Positions 33,965 to 45,959 of a stretch of DNA of 64,000 nt are shown piece after piece; positions within the stretch are counted from its first letter, which is position 1, and each line of letters opens with the position of its first letter. The position numbers were made by a program, and so were the translations under genes. This DNA comes from Minutocellus sp. GHC0000111 (taxonomy: Eukaryota): assembly GCA_977018835.1 (NCBI GenBank), contig OZ361261.1, forward strand, positions 1,612,001-1,676,000. Reading direction: 5' to 3'. The notes beneath the pieces are model-generated. The model made no database searches. It had not been told where the DNA came from and saw only the letters and a program-made list of their open reading frames with translations.

Positions 33965-35685
33965 ATGAGCAACACTTGTAGTAACAACACCAACCTTACA
34001 ATCACAGATCCTCTCGATGCGTCGAACACATCCGTCTCGGCTACCAGCAGTACAAGTATATGGGATGAAACTGCATCATTAATCAAACCTCAAGAGGTGG
34101 CATTGTCCCCAATCCTACGACGATATCCAACATTCATCCCGCTTCGACGACATGCTACTTCCATCGCCGAGGTGGCCTTTCTGGTGCCATCGGTATCATC
34201 ATCGACCCGAAAGGCCAGCGTCATGGCGGCAGTGTTCAATATGACCGCAACAATCGTCGGTGGTGGCGTGCTGTCCATACCGCTGTCGTGCGCCAGGGCA
34301 GGCATCCTCCCCTTTACAATTCTAATGGTGCTATCAGCCGTCGCCACTGATTTTAGTTTGTACCTGTTGGTCTCCTGCGCCCGTCGGTGTGGTTCCACTT
34401 CGTTTGGCGCGGTTTGCCGGACATCCTTCGGCGCTGCCTTGGAGATGACTGCTACCTTCATCATATTTTGCTTGGTGGGGTTCATTGTGGTCGGACTCTC
34501 CATCCTCAACATGGGCATATGGGCACCAATTGCCATTACTTGGTCTGCTTCCGTTCAGGGTGAATCTGCTCCTGCACAAACTACTGCATTGGAAGATGCA
34601 CTAGTCCTAGCGGTTCTACTTGTTCTGATGATGCCATTCCTTTTGAAAAGAGATCTTACTTCCCTCCGTCATATATGCTACGTTGGTTTCTTCTCGATAT
34701 CGATTTTGTGCTGCGCCATGATTTTCCGTGCGACTGAGAAAATGATTCGCTCCCCGGGCCTGATAGAAGAAATCAAGTGGTCTACTGCAAGCTTCGCCGA
34801 CATTCTCTCTGCCCTTCCAATCATATTGTTGGCCTTCCTTTCGAGTTTCAACATGATTTCGGTCCACTGCAGCTTAATCGATCCTACAAGACGTCGAGTG
34901 AAGGGGGTGATTCACAAGGCAGTGTTTTTGAGCTTTTTCCTCATGTACCTATTTGGCTTGTCTGGATACTTGTTTGCTCTAGAAGAAACAAATGGAAACA
35001 TTTTACTCAGCTTTGATCCGGCGGACCGCGTCATCTTGCTAGGACGCATTGGATGTGGAATTACGACGCTCTTTGCGCTCCCCATGAACACACTGCCCTG
35101 TCGAGAAGCATTGCTCTCGTGGGCTGCTCAAATAAGTGAGGTCAGGGCAAGGAGGGGGGCAAAGAAAGAAGAGCAGAAGCACTTACTCGAGCGTAGGTCA
35201 GACAAAGTGCTTGAGCCCTTTCATGAGCCATTCCGTAAGTCTCAGACGATGCCATCAGAGAAAAGAGACTCAGGAAATACCATAGATGAAGAGAGAGGAC
35301 GACATGAAGAATCGATAAGTTATGGGGCGAATCATCATCTTGAGCAACAGCAGATACAGGCGGTTGAAGCGTCTGCTACAAAACCCGTGGCTCCACTGTC
35401 CGAACAGGCCGTTCATAGGCTTACAACCTTTGCAATTATCCTTGTATGCTATATTGCTGCTGTCCTAGCACCAGGCGTAGCAATAGTGTGGGATATCGCG
35501 GGCTCGTCGATGGCATTCTCATCCAATTTATACTGCCAGCTTTGTGTTACATTCGATTGAAGGTTCGTGCGGGTGCCTCATCACGGTCCAATAACTTGAT
35601 TTGAGCTCGCATTTTACTATGCTTTGGAACCGTCACTGCTGTTTCGTGCACCGTCCAAACGGTTTGGAGATTAGCATGTAAATAA
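33965..35685 (+). CDS. Amino-acid transporter (Aa_trans/SLC38-like); last TM segments disrupted by a 1-bp indel near 35518 and an in-frame TGA at 35602-35604
   Basis: AVFNMTATIVGGGVLSIP and GYLFA...GNILL. The corrected frame reads AFLIQFILPALCYIRLK...NLI*ARILLCFG. Confidence 0.85.
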
Positions 35686-35813
35686 ATGATACAGATAGAG
35701 ATGCGCGAATTATTTGTCTACCAATTAGTATATTATGTATATAACTCGCCTACTCTAGCGACATTCTTTGCTGATTTGTAATATGCTTGTATGTCTCGCT
35801 AGCAACATGTTAG

Positions 35814-38260
35814 CTATGCCTCTGCTTCCTCCACCTCCTTCTCCTCCAGCTCTTCGGCAAGCTCAAGCCATCGCATTTCCTTCTCGTCGGCTTCTTCGGT
35901 GAGTGCATTCATCTTATCCGTAAGCTCAGCCAAAACACTCCACCCTTCACCTGGGTCAGTATTGTCGATTTCAGATTGGATTTCCTCGGCCTTCGCCTTG
36001 AGCTTTTCGATATTCTTCTCTAGGGTGCCCATTTCTTTGGAGATCTTTCGGATTGCATTTCGTCGCTCAACTCGGGCAGCCTTGTCCTCCTTGGCAGCGG
36101 CCTGCTTCTTTGGCGATGTCGATGGTGTTTTGGCGGCCGCTGCATCCGTAGCGCTCTCCTTCTCGGTAAGAGCTTCCGCATAATCAGACAAAGTCCCGAA
36201 GTAGTCTTTGACCACTCCACTGCCCTCAAACACAAAGAGATGGTCGCTCACCTTGTCTACGAAGAATCTGTCGTGCGAAATTACCACAAGGACGCCATTG
36301 TACTCGGCGAGATAGGATTCAAGAGCAGACAGAGTGTCGAGGTCCAAATCATTACTGGGCTCATCGAGAATAAGAAAGTTGGGATTTTTGGTCAGAACTG
36401 TCAGGAGTTGCAACCTTCGACGTTCTCCGCCAGACAGCAATGCAATTCGTTCATTCCATCTTTGTCTTGAGAATTGAAATCTCTTGAGCAACTTCATGGC
36501 TTCTTGTGGAGCCTCTGCCATGCTCTTTCCTCCACTCGCCTCTACCTTTTCTTTTACGTAATCCATAACTCTTTGTTCTTCGTCCTCAATCTCGATTCCC
36601 ACTTGATCATAGGTGCCAAACACCACCGTCTCGCCGGTGCTGATGCTACCGGAATCAAGCCCCTGGTTTCCTGTAAGAATCTTGATGAAAGTTGATTTGC
36701 CGACACCGTTTGAGCCCACGATACCGATGCGATCTCCTCGGTTGAAATTGTAGGTAAAATCGTCCAAAATGATCTTGTCCCCGAAGCGCAGCGACGCATT
36801 CTTGATACTCAAAACATTCTTTCCAATACGCCTACCGCCATCGTTGGTGTTGAGTTCCAAGTTGGCCTCGACGGCACGGGGCTTGGTTGCCTTTTCAAGC
36901 TTGTAGAACGCATCAATTCTAGCCTTGCTCTTGCTCTCACGAGCCTGTGGCTGCCGTCTCATCCAATCCAACTCGGTCCTATATTTGGCAGAATTTGCTC
37001 GCAGAGCCGCATCTTCATTGGCCAAGCGAGCTTCCTTTCCTTCAAGATAGGCGGAGTATCCACCCTTTCCACCATCGCCGGCCATTGCGCCACTGTAACT
37101 GTAAATGTTTCCATTGTCCAACTCAATAACTCCGTCGCAGATGTCGTCAAGGAAGGCGCGGTCATGCGTAACGCAAAGGACGGTCATTTTGCGATCCAAC
37201 TTGATGCATTCCGATAGCCATCGAATGGCAGAAAGATCCAAATGGTTGGTTGGCTCATCTAGAAGCAGCACTGCATTCGGTTCGTCGCTGAGGGCAATAA
37301 AGGCTGCCGCCAGAGCAACGCGTTTTCGTTCTCCACCAGACAGTGTCGACAGGGCTTGTTCCTCCAATGTTTTTACTCGCAACCGAGTCGAAATCTCATC
37401 TACCCGGGCCAGAACCTTCCACCCGTCCATTTCATCCATGTGCGAGGAAGAGGTTGCAAATCGTTCTGGGTCACTTTCCGCAAATGGGATGGGCGCACGG
37501 TATTGTCGAATGGCGTCGTACACATCCGTCGGTGGCTTGGCACCACCGTCATCTTTTTGATCGATGGACGCCGCTGAGAATCCTAACAAAGCATCGTAAA
37601 CGGTAACATCACTGGACATGGGCGGTTCCTGCTCGACGTAGGCCACGGTGCAGTCCTTGGCCTTTTCAACATTGCCAGTGTACACGACGCCGTCGTCGGC
37701 CACCGACGCATGTTCACCAGCCGCACCACAAGTCTCGGCAAGAATTTTCAGCAGCGAGGATTTGCCGCAGCCTGTGAAGGGAAAAAATCAACCAGCCAGG
37801 AGTAGAGTTGCATGTTAGAAAGTATATTTTGACAAGTTTGGGGCACATTGGTCGCAATTCTATTTATTTGGAACATCATATGGACAGTGACGCACGAAGT
37901 TGGGCCGGGCCGCACGCCAACACATTCAATTTTACAATTTCGTCAAAACGCACCATTCTTCCCCACAAGACCGATGCGCTTTCCTCTTGGCAGATTGTAG
38001 GAAACCTTGTCGAGCTGATACTTGGTCCCACCGTCGTGAGTGCAGGTCAGCCCGTCGAGGATAATGGCCGGAGGACCAGCCACACCCGTCGTGCCGGTGT
38101 CTGCCGCGGACGCAACGGAAGAAAATAACTGGAAATCATGTGCTCGACGAGCGTTGGGGTAGCTCAAGGAGAATGCTGATGTTCCATGTGGTTGAGCGAC
38201 AAGTATGAGGGCCAGGGTGGCGAGGCTGGAAGCGCCGCGCCGACGACGTTGGCATCCCAT
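35814..38260 (-). CDS. Plastid-targeted ABCF (Uup/EttA-like) ATPase; exons 38260-37954 and 37771-35814
   Basis: Signal peptide + SAF. Intron 37953-37772 restores Walker A GKNGCGKS; two LSGGE/LDEP modules, no TM segments, C-terminal coiled coil. Confidence 0.9.
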
Positions 38261-38728
38261 GGTAGCGATGAATGATGAATGGAATGCGAAACGCACGAAG
38301 ACGTACGTATACGAGGGTGCAAGAAAAGAGGGGAAATGCATTTTCCCGAGATCGAAGGAAAAAATGTCGCACATGGCGCGACATTTTTCCATGAACAACA
38401 GGGCAAAATCGAACACACAACGACCCACAACTATTATGGGAGCAAAAATGGGGGAAGATAATCGGGGTTTATGGCCGTATTTTAAGGGCGATACCCTGAT
38501 CATCAATGCGCGACCAAAGGCATGCAGGCAGACACGCCTTTCGGCGCAGACGGCTCCTCTCGGGCCCGGCTTCGAGGCTCTTTGTGTGGCTTGGCGCCAA
38601 GCAGGGATGGATGAGTTGAAACGGGGCACCGTCGGCACCGTGCTGAAGTCATTTTTGTTGCGACATCGGTAAGCGAGACGGCCAGCACTCTCTCACAATT
38701 CAAATACCTTCGCCCAAAGCAAACAACA

Positions 38729-40831
38729 ATGCAATTGCCTACAATGAGAAACGCCCGAAGAGATGACGCCAAATCTCGCATTTCGGTGGCCCAGAAGCAA
38801 CTTTCGCCACTTCCCTACGAGGCCAAGGGCTACATCTACTCGCCGGCATTCCTCGCTCCACCGTCTGAGGAAAGGGCCGCCAGAGCTCGCCAGCGTCGCC
38901 CCGAGATGGAGAAGCATCTGGAGGCACTGGCCGACATGAATCGCAACATCTGCCTCGATTCCGAAAAGGCCACCAAGAAGCACAAGCCACACGCATTCCA
39001 AGGGCAATTCTTCAACTCCATCGAAGATTTCGAGGACTTTTGCGATGTGACCGATCTCGCCTTGTTGTATCTGGCCAAAGATGAGCTATATCAACATTCC
39101 TCCTCCTCCAAGACAAATACACCCGAGGAGATTGTCATTGCCGGCGGTGGTCCCACCGGTATGCTGGCAGCCATCGAGGCCGTTCTACATGGCCACAGTG
39201 CCACCGTCATTGAGGCTCAATCGACGGCAATCCGAATGCGATTGATTGGCATTTATCCTGAAGATGTTCTCAAGCTTGCTCGATTCGGGGCACCAATTGA
39301 ACTATTTTACGATATGTTTGCATGGTGCGAAAAAGATGCCGCCATTCTCTACGACATCGAGAACTACATTATGGCAATCGCCCTGAAGCTTGGAGTCAAG
39401 GTATATCGCAACGCCCGTGCCGAGCCATCGCCATCGCTCATGCAGAAGGGGCTGGTCGAAGCATCGTTCAAGCCACTCTCGGATGTGGTTGCTGTTCCCA
39501 CCACCGGTACCGTCGATTCTGATGCAATCGTCTTTTGCCATCAGGGCAGTCGACAGAAGATTCAAGAAAAGACCATTGAGCTTTCCTTCGACACCTTCAT
39601 TGATTGCACAGGAAGTAAGCGAACTTTCGTCGATCTTTTGACGGGTCGCGAGGATGTTATTGACTACATGCACATTCTTGCTGGCGAGCAACTGGAAGAC
39701 AATATCGACCGCTCCTTCTACCAGGACAAGCATGAGGAGCACATCTCCAAAGTTGTGGGTGATATGGACTGGCCGGCATTTGTAGCCGCAATGGAAGAGG
39801 GACGCACCGACCCTACAGTTTGTGCTCAGAATCGAGAAGTGACGGCATTTACGTCGAACATGCCTCGCAACGTCTTCAAAACAGATGCGCCTGTCCCCAA
39901 TGCATTCGATAAGTGTCCTCCAGATTGGGTGTGCATCCCAATGCCATTTGCGCAGTCCATCGAAGATAAGATCAAAACCATTGACGAGAAGCAGACTTGG
40001 GGAGCCTTGAAGGTACAGAAGCTTATCAAGCAGGCCGCCGATACAGCCAACAGGCGCTCGTCTCTGAGAAAATCCAAAGACTTGAAGCGATCCAAGTCAC
40101 CCACTACAGTGCGGTCTGCCTCATATCTGTGGGGTCAGGGACTCGCTTCGCCCAACGAAGTTTCCATGGCAGAGCACTTTGGCCTCCTCGGTGGGGATGC
40201 CGATATTGATCGGGTGCAGTTCGAAGGCCAGTTGCCTCTGTTTTTGAAAAACTCAGCAGGAGACACCTTATCCGCAAAGGAATTTCTCAATGAGGTCAAC
40301 AAGGAGCGCAGCGGCGACCTACTTTGGGCATTTCTCGCGTGCTGCGTGGGTGAATCCAGCTTGGACCGCGAGGCCTTCGATGAATATGTCAAGAAGGAGT
40401 CGTCTTGGGCCAATCCAACTCAGAACACGACGGCAGCGTTCTCTTTTGCACCAATGGGAATCCGAACCAACCCAAGCGAAGATTCTCCCCTCACTCTTCA
40501 TGGATTTATCCCTGGAAGTAATGGTGCGAAGAAGTATTTCATCTTGGGCGATGCTACAGGTGATCCTTGGTTTCGCTGGGGCATTGGTGTCCATGATGCG
40601 TGCTATTCGGTTCGAATCTTCTCTCATTGCTTAGGTGCCTACGCTCAAGAAGGAGGAGAGCAACACATCAACGGAAACGTCGAGCGGTATGTGCGTGATC
40701 TCGAGCTTCGAGTTCGAAAGCGCCATGTCCACTCGTCCGGTTACTACTGGCATTTTGGACGCGAGCTGGACGATCATCCGCAAATGATTCAGGCAACTAC
40801 CATTATCCAGGAGAGAAAAAGTGTGCCATAA
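38729..40831 (+). CDS. FAD-dependent monooxygenase-like protein (MICAL-like features)
   Basis: IVIAGGGPTG Rossmann motif, FDTFIDCTG and ILGDATGDPWFRWGIG. Confidence 0.7.
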   Translation: MQLPTMRNARRDDAKSRISVAQKQLSPLPYEAKGYIYSPAFLAPPSEERAARARQRRPEMEKHLEALADMNRNICLDSEKATKKHKPHAFQGQFFNSIEDFEDFCDVTDLALLYLAKDELYQHSSSSKTNTPEEIVIAGGGPTGMLAAIEAVLHGHSATVIEAQSTAIRMRLIGIYPEDVLKLARFGAPIELFYDMFAWCEKDAAILYDIENYIMAIALKLGVKVYRNARAEPSPSLMQKGLVEASFKPLSDVVAVPTTGTVDSDAIVFCHQGSRQKIQEKTIELSFDTFIDCTGSKRTFVDLLTGREDVIDYMHILAGEQLEDNIDRSFYQDKHEEHISKVVGDMDWPAFVAAMEEGRTDPTVCAQNREVTAFTSNMPRNVFKTDAPVPNAFDKCPPDWVCIPMPFAQSIEDKIKTIDEKQTWGALKVQKLIKQAADTANRRSSLRKSKDLKRSKSPTTVRSASYLWGQGLASPNEVSMAEHFGLLGGDADIDRVQFEGQLPLFLKNSAGDTLSAKEFLNEVNKERSGDLLWAFLACCVGESSLDREAFDEYVKKESSWANPTQNTTAAFSFAPMGIRTNPSEDSPLTLHGFIPGSNGAKKYFILGDATGDPWFRWGIGVHDACYSVRIFSHCLGAYAQEGGEQHINGNVERYVRDLELRVRKRHVHSSGYYWHFGRELDDHPQMIQATTIIQERKSVP

Positions 40832-40930
40832 TCTAAATAAATGTTAACTGTTTGTAAAGCTCCTACATGTGAACTAAATCTGCTCGGTTGAATTGAGGTG
40901 TAGATCCAATTCATGTCCGACTACCTCAAC

Positions 40931-43900
40931 CTAACGTTTCATCCAATTGATACGAGTGGCTAGCATCAAGCCACCCGAGGCCGCAAAACCAAAGAGCAGG
41001 ACAACGATATAGCAATACCACCAGCGCTGGGAGAAGGACCATCCACCAAGTGCCTCGAGAAGAACATCACCGGAGACGTACTCATCGGTACCATCAACGA
41101 TGTACTCCTTGCCATCTCCCAGTTCATTGACTGCGATTCCTTGTAGAATATAACGAAGCGGGTTCAGCCAGTACACCCATATCCACCACGGAGGGATATC
41201 ATGTGGTGCAATGAGAAAGCCTGTTATCGCAATATGGTAGAAGAAGAGGCGGATGTTAGATTGGAAGTATGGAGCATGTTGTGTGCGTGAGAGACAAAAG
41301 AACAATCGATGGTTTGGACCTACCCATTGTGAGTGTAAAGAGAACAAGGACAATTCCTCCCAGTACTGCAGCAATGCCAATGTTGGGACTTAGGAAAGAG
41401 AAGAGCTGACCAAACAAAGGCAAAATCCAGTAAGCCGCCAAGGTCATCAACAGGTTATAGATTACTCGATCAGCTCGAAGGTCGAGGCCGACGAGGAAAT
41501 ATAAGAGTATCCAGCTTATGGCTGCCATGAATAGGTTGAATGGAATTTCAGCGATCTCAACTGCTGCCGCGTAGGTAATCTTTCGGTAGGTTCCGGAGGT
41601 CACTTCTCTGTAGTAAACTGCTCGCTCCATGATCAACGGAACAGAGGCACTCATGAGTGGCACGGTCCCGATGTTCACGAAGGAAAATGCAGCTCCTACG
41701 AGATTGAAGGCGCCATCGCTTGTGTTAGGGAGTCCCATGAAGATGAATCCGGTGAGCAAACTGGCGGATATCGTCCACCAGAAGCGGACTGACATGTAGG
41801 TAGGCGTGCGGTAGTGAGCAATTACTTGCCTCTGAAGGACGTTGAACAGTTCCGAGAAGATGCCTCTCTCTTCGCCAGAGTTTACTTCGTCGACAACACC
41901 AGCTTTGCATTCGTTGCATGAACAGGAGTCGGCAATTGCGCTGGCTTCTTTCGCCATGGATGACTGGGTATAAAGACTTCCCCAATCGAATCTCTCACCA
42001 CCAGGGCCACATAAGATATCCAGTACGTGATCAGCGGGATTAGCACCGGCCTTGAGCCGAAGGCCTTCGTCGCCAGAAGTAGATACAATGTATTCATCGA
42101 TACCCGCCACTGGGCCATTGTAGACGCATACACCACCCTTGCTAAGGAGCAAGAGGTTGTCGAATGCTGCGAAGACTTCTTTCGACGGCTGGTGGATGGT
42201 ACAAACGACGGTGACTCCTTTGGCCTTGGCCGCTCTTCGGAGTGAAGAAACGACGAGCGAGGCACTCAGTGAGTCGAGTCCGCTGAGAGAGAACGAGAAG
42301 GGGGAAATGTGTGAGAGAAAACGTACGGGGACTCGTCAGATTTTGTGGTCCTTTCTTCAAGAAATCAAGGATGACGACATCGAGGTAATTTTGGGCTTTT
42401 CGTTTTAGGAATAGTTAGGAATAGGCAGAAATCGGAAAACCTTATTATAACAAAGCAAGTCTCACCTAGTCGGCTCATCGGCGAACAAAATGGAACCATT
42501 CGCTGCGAGATCAACACCAAGCGTCAGGCGTTTCCGGGCATGCTTTGGGAGGCCCTCTCCAGCACCCTCATCACCGACAAGGACATCGGCAAACTCTTCG
42601 AGCTCCAAGAGCTTTAAAATATCTTCCACATGCACTACCCTTGCATCTTCGGCAAGAGAGAATGGGCGGAGGCGCATCCTCGCGGCGAACATGAGGCTCT
42701 CCCTAACGGTGATAGCTGGATTGTGGAGGTCGGTCTGTTCGCAATATCCTGCGACGATCTTCCATGTAGCACCGTCCTTGGGAGCGCTATTCAAAGAAAT
42801 TTCCCCATCAATGTGGCCACCAGTTTTATATCCTGCGAGGACATCGAGCAGCGTTGTTTTCCCTGCCCCTGATGATCCCATCAATGCAGTCATTGTACCT
42901 GGCTTAAAGGTAGCTGTGACTCCGCTTAGGAGACGAAGTCTCCCTGGTTCAGGTGGATCAAGATGGTGGCCGGTAGTTGCCTCATTGGCTTCGGCGGCTG
43001 ATATTGAATCAAATCGGATCGACGTAGAGGCCGAGGATGACCCAGCATTCGAAGCTAGAGCCTCCTCGCCAAGAGCACGCCGAAGGACGAGAGCCTGAGC
43101 CGCTCCCTTTCTCGCTTGACCATACTCTCGGGCCGTTACAGGCACGCCGAGGTCACTCTCAACCAGAAACTGTGCGGATTTTTCAGCAGATTGTGATCTC
43201 TCGCCAGTAAAAGCCTTGGCTACTCCAGGATCCTCTTCATCTTCCTCTTTGTCATTTTCTCCTATTTTCTCCTTGGTTTCCTTTGGCTCGATCGGCACGT
43301 CTACTTCATACACAATATCCTTTGCACGTAGATGGATTGGCAAAGGAAGTGGGATGCTTGGAGTTGCTGATTTGGCGACAATCTCTGGTGTTACAGATTT
43401 CTTTCCCTTGAGAAGGTGTTTGGTGCCCGAGGCAGCCGTGAGGCTCATGCCCGATGTGACTTGGTACCGCTTTGTCGATGGACCGTACCACTTTTGACTG
43501 TGACGGAGCAAAACACATCCAAGTATCTCAAATAGGACCGTGAAGACGATAATGATGTAGGCATCAAACGCCATTACACCTCCAGCAGTATCGAGGCCAG
43601 ACGGAGCCCCATCGAAGGGAATTCGAGGCAAACTAAAGGCTTCCTGCGCAAATTCAAGGCCATCGACGCCTTCAACTGAGCGACCGCGAAGATCATTAAT
43701 TGTGATGCCTTCAAATGCGTAGGCACATGGCGAGAGCCAGGATATCCATCTCAGCCAGGCCGGAATGGAAGGATATTGGGGCGCAAAGCCGGCGGTCATG
43801 GTAAACAATAACAAAACTGCAGGTCCAAGGGCTGCTGCGACATCGTTCGAGGGCAAAGCGTAAGACAAAACTCGAGAGGGTGAAAGTCCGCAGAACGATA

Positions 43901-45750
43901 TGAGGATAGAGATGAGCCAGAAGTAGGCAAAGCCGGAGCCACTATAAGACGCCATGCCGACCAGGAAAAAGGTGCTGAGATGATGATTTGGCAGGTTGAA
44001 AGAGAAGAACAAGTCAGTTAGATATTTGAATAGCACAGCCAAAAAGGGCACTTGTCATACTTTAGTATCTGAATACTCACCAAAGTGAGAGAAAGAAAAC
44101 CTCGAGAAAGCACACGGGCCAGCTTGTAATCATGTTGGCAATGACTCGCGATGACAATAAAAAGTCACTCGATCGAGGTAGTTGCCCTCCATCGGAGAAT
44201 TCGCAGCCGTCATGAATAACAGCATTAGCATCGTAAAGGCAAAGCCTGCACGGGTTGTGGTGCCATTGGCATCACCGGGGGTCTTTAAGAACAGGGTTCC
44301 TACGATCAGACCAAAGTATTGCAATAATGACGCGGATAAAACTGCCAGGATTACGAACGACGAGCTTCCAACCCCTGCCGAGGAGGAGAGAGCATTGTTC
44401 GTTGAATGACCGGGCGAAAGGGGGGACCGGTCGGGGCTCCTCCTTCGCCCTGGTGGATTCGGCCGCATCGACCTCCTGCGCAAGAAGTTTGCCAGCGGAA
44501 GATTCGGCAAACATGCCTGGCAAGTCAGAGGCCTGAAGCTTTGTCGATGCTTCTACTCCATCTGCGAACTCCTCTGGCTTGAAGGCACAGCGAAGAATAA
44601 ACTCGGGTTCGTCCATTTTGTCTGGCTTGACTAAGCCAAGAGATTGGAAGTACCCAAGTGCATTATCTCTTGGTCCACTGTAAGCCATCTCACCATGTGA
44701 AGTCAAGACGACGATGCGATGAAACTCAGAGTAGGCTTCCACTGACGGCTGCAGGAGGCTGACCAAGGCGGTGACGCCAGTCTTCTCGACGGCGACGGAT
44801 ACATTTTGACAACTGGCAAGGGCCGAGGCAGAATCCAGTCCGTTGGTGATTTCATCGAGGCATAACACTCGGATATCTTGTCCCGTCGCCTGTTCCAAGA
44901 CCTTGACACGACGTTTCTGCCCACCTGAAACGCCACGGATCTCTGCATTTCCTACAACCGTCCCAGCCACATGTGATAGTCCCGCCAAACGAAGGTAATT
45001 TTCGTTGGCAGTCTCCAGCTCCTCCTCGGTGCATCTGTTGGCGCAGGCACCGGTAAATTTCAAAGTTTCCGAAACCGTAAGGATCGGCGTGAGCGTCAGA
45101 TCACCCTGATCAGCATATGCGGTCGAACGACGGAAACATCCCTTGTACTTGGGGTCGGTGGGATCGCATCCACCAATCTTGATCGTGCCAGATATCTTGG
45201 ACATGTCCAGGTTGGATGGATTCTCGGTCACGTTGACGATGGCACGCATGAGTGTTGATTTGCCGCTGGAACTGGGGGCGATAATGAGAGTTGCCTCGCC
45301 AGGATTGAGCACGAGCGATATCTTGGAGATGACATGGTTGGATTTGGATTTTGAGTTTTGGCTGGGCGAAGTATGGTCGGTGTCTTGAAGACTCTGCGGC
45401 TTGGGTCCCATGCACCCCAACTTCTCGGCAAGCCACCGTCCGATGATGGCGGTGACGAAATTGGGAGCACCTGGAAGGGATGATCGATCATCGTCGTCGT
45501 CATCGTTGGATCCAGCTGCCTTCTTTTTATGCAGGTCCTTCTCGACGGTCAGGTCTCGAATGGCGATGGGAGCAGCTATGCCCCATACGTCCTCCTCGCG
45601 CTCAAAGTGTTTTCGACGGAACGATTCCTCGGTCTCAGCCACGGGAGGCGCCTCGTCGCTGGCATGAGGGGGAACAGGGGGCTTTTCCATCGCCGTCATG
45701 GTCACATTTTCTTTGAAATTGTGAGGGCTGCTGCTGCTGCTGCTCTGCAT
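40931..45750 (-). pseudogene. Full-size ABCG/PDR transporter with introns 44080-43975, 42465-42283 and 41323-41221, and two frameshifts (near 44315 and 44145)
   Basis: NBD1 APSSSGKST, VSGGQKRRV, LDEITNGLD; NBD2 GSSGAGKTT, DEPTSGLD; two TMDs. The introns restore canonical motifs but do not repair the two internal shifts. Confidence 0.85.
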
Positions 45751-45959
45751 GATCTTGATCGCGGGGCGCGCGGCGAGCTTTTAACGCGTCGTCTTTCCTC
45801 CGCCCGTTGGACGAAGCACGTGCATGCAACCAAGCCGTGAGCGAGCAGCAGTCAGCCGAGCCATGAGCCAGCATACCAGCCAAAGCAGATCAGTGGAGCT
45901 CCTCTGACCCTTACTGCCCCCGAAGCATCAAGAACGAGGGCACAGAGGAATAACACATA

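Noticed and set aside
33583..34086. 167-aa minus-strand ORF
   Set aside because: No motif, and it overlaps the transporter start; probably spurious.
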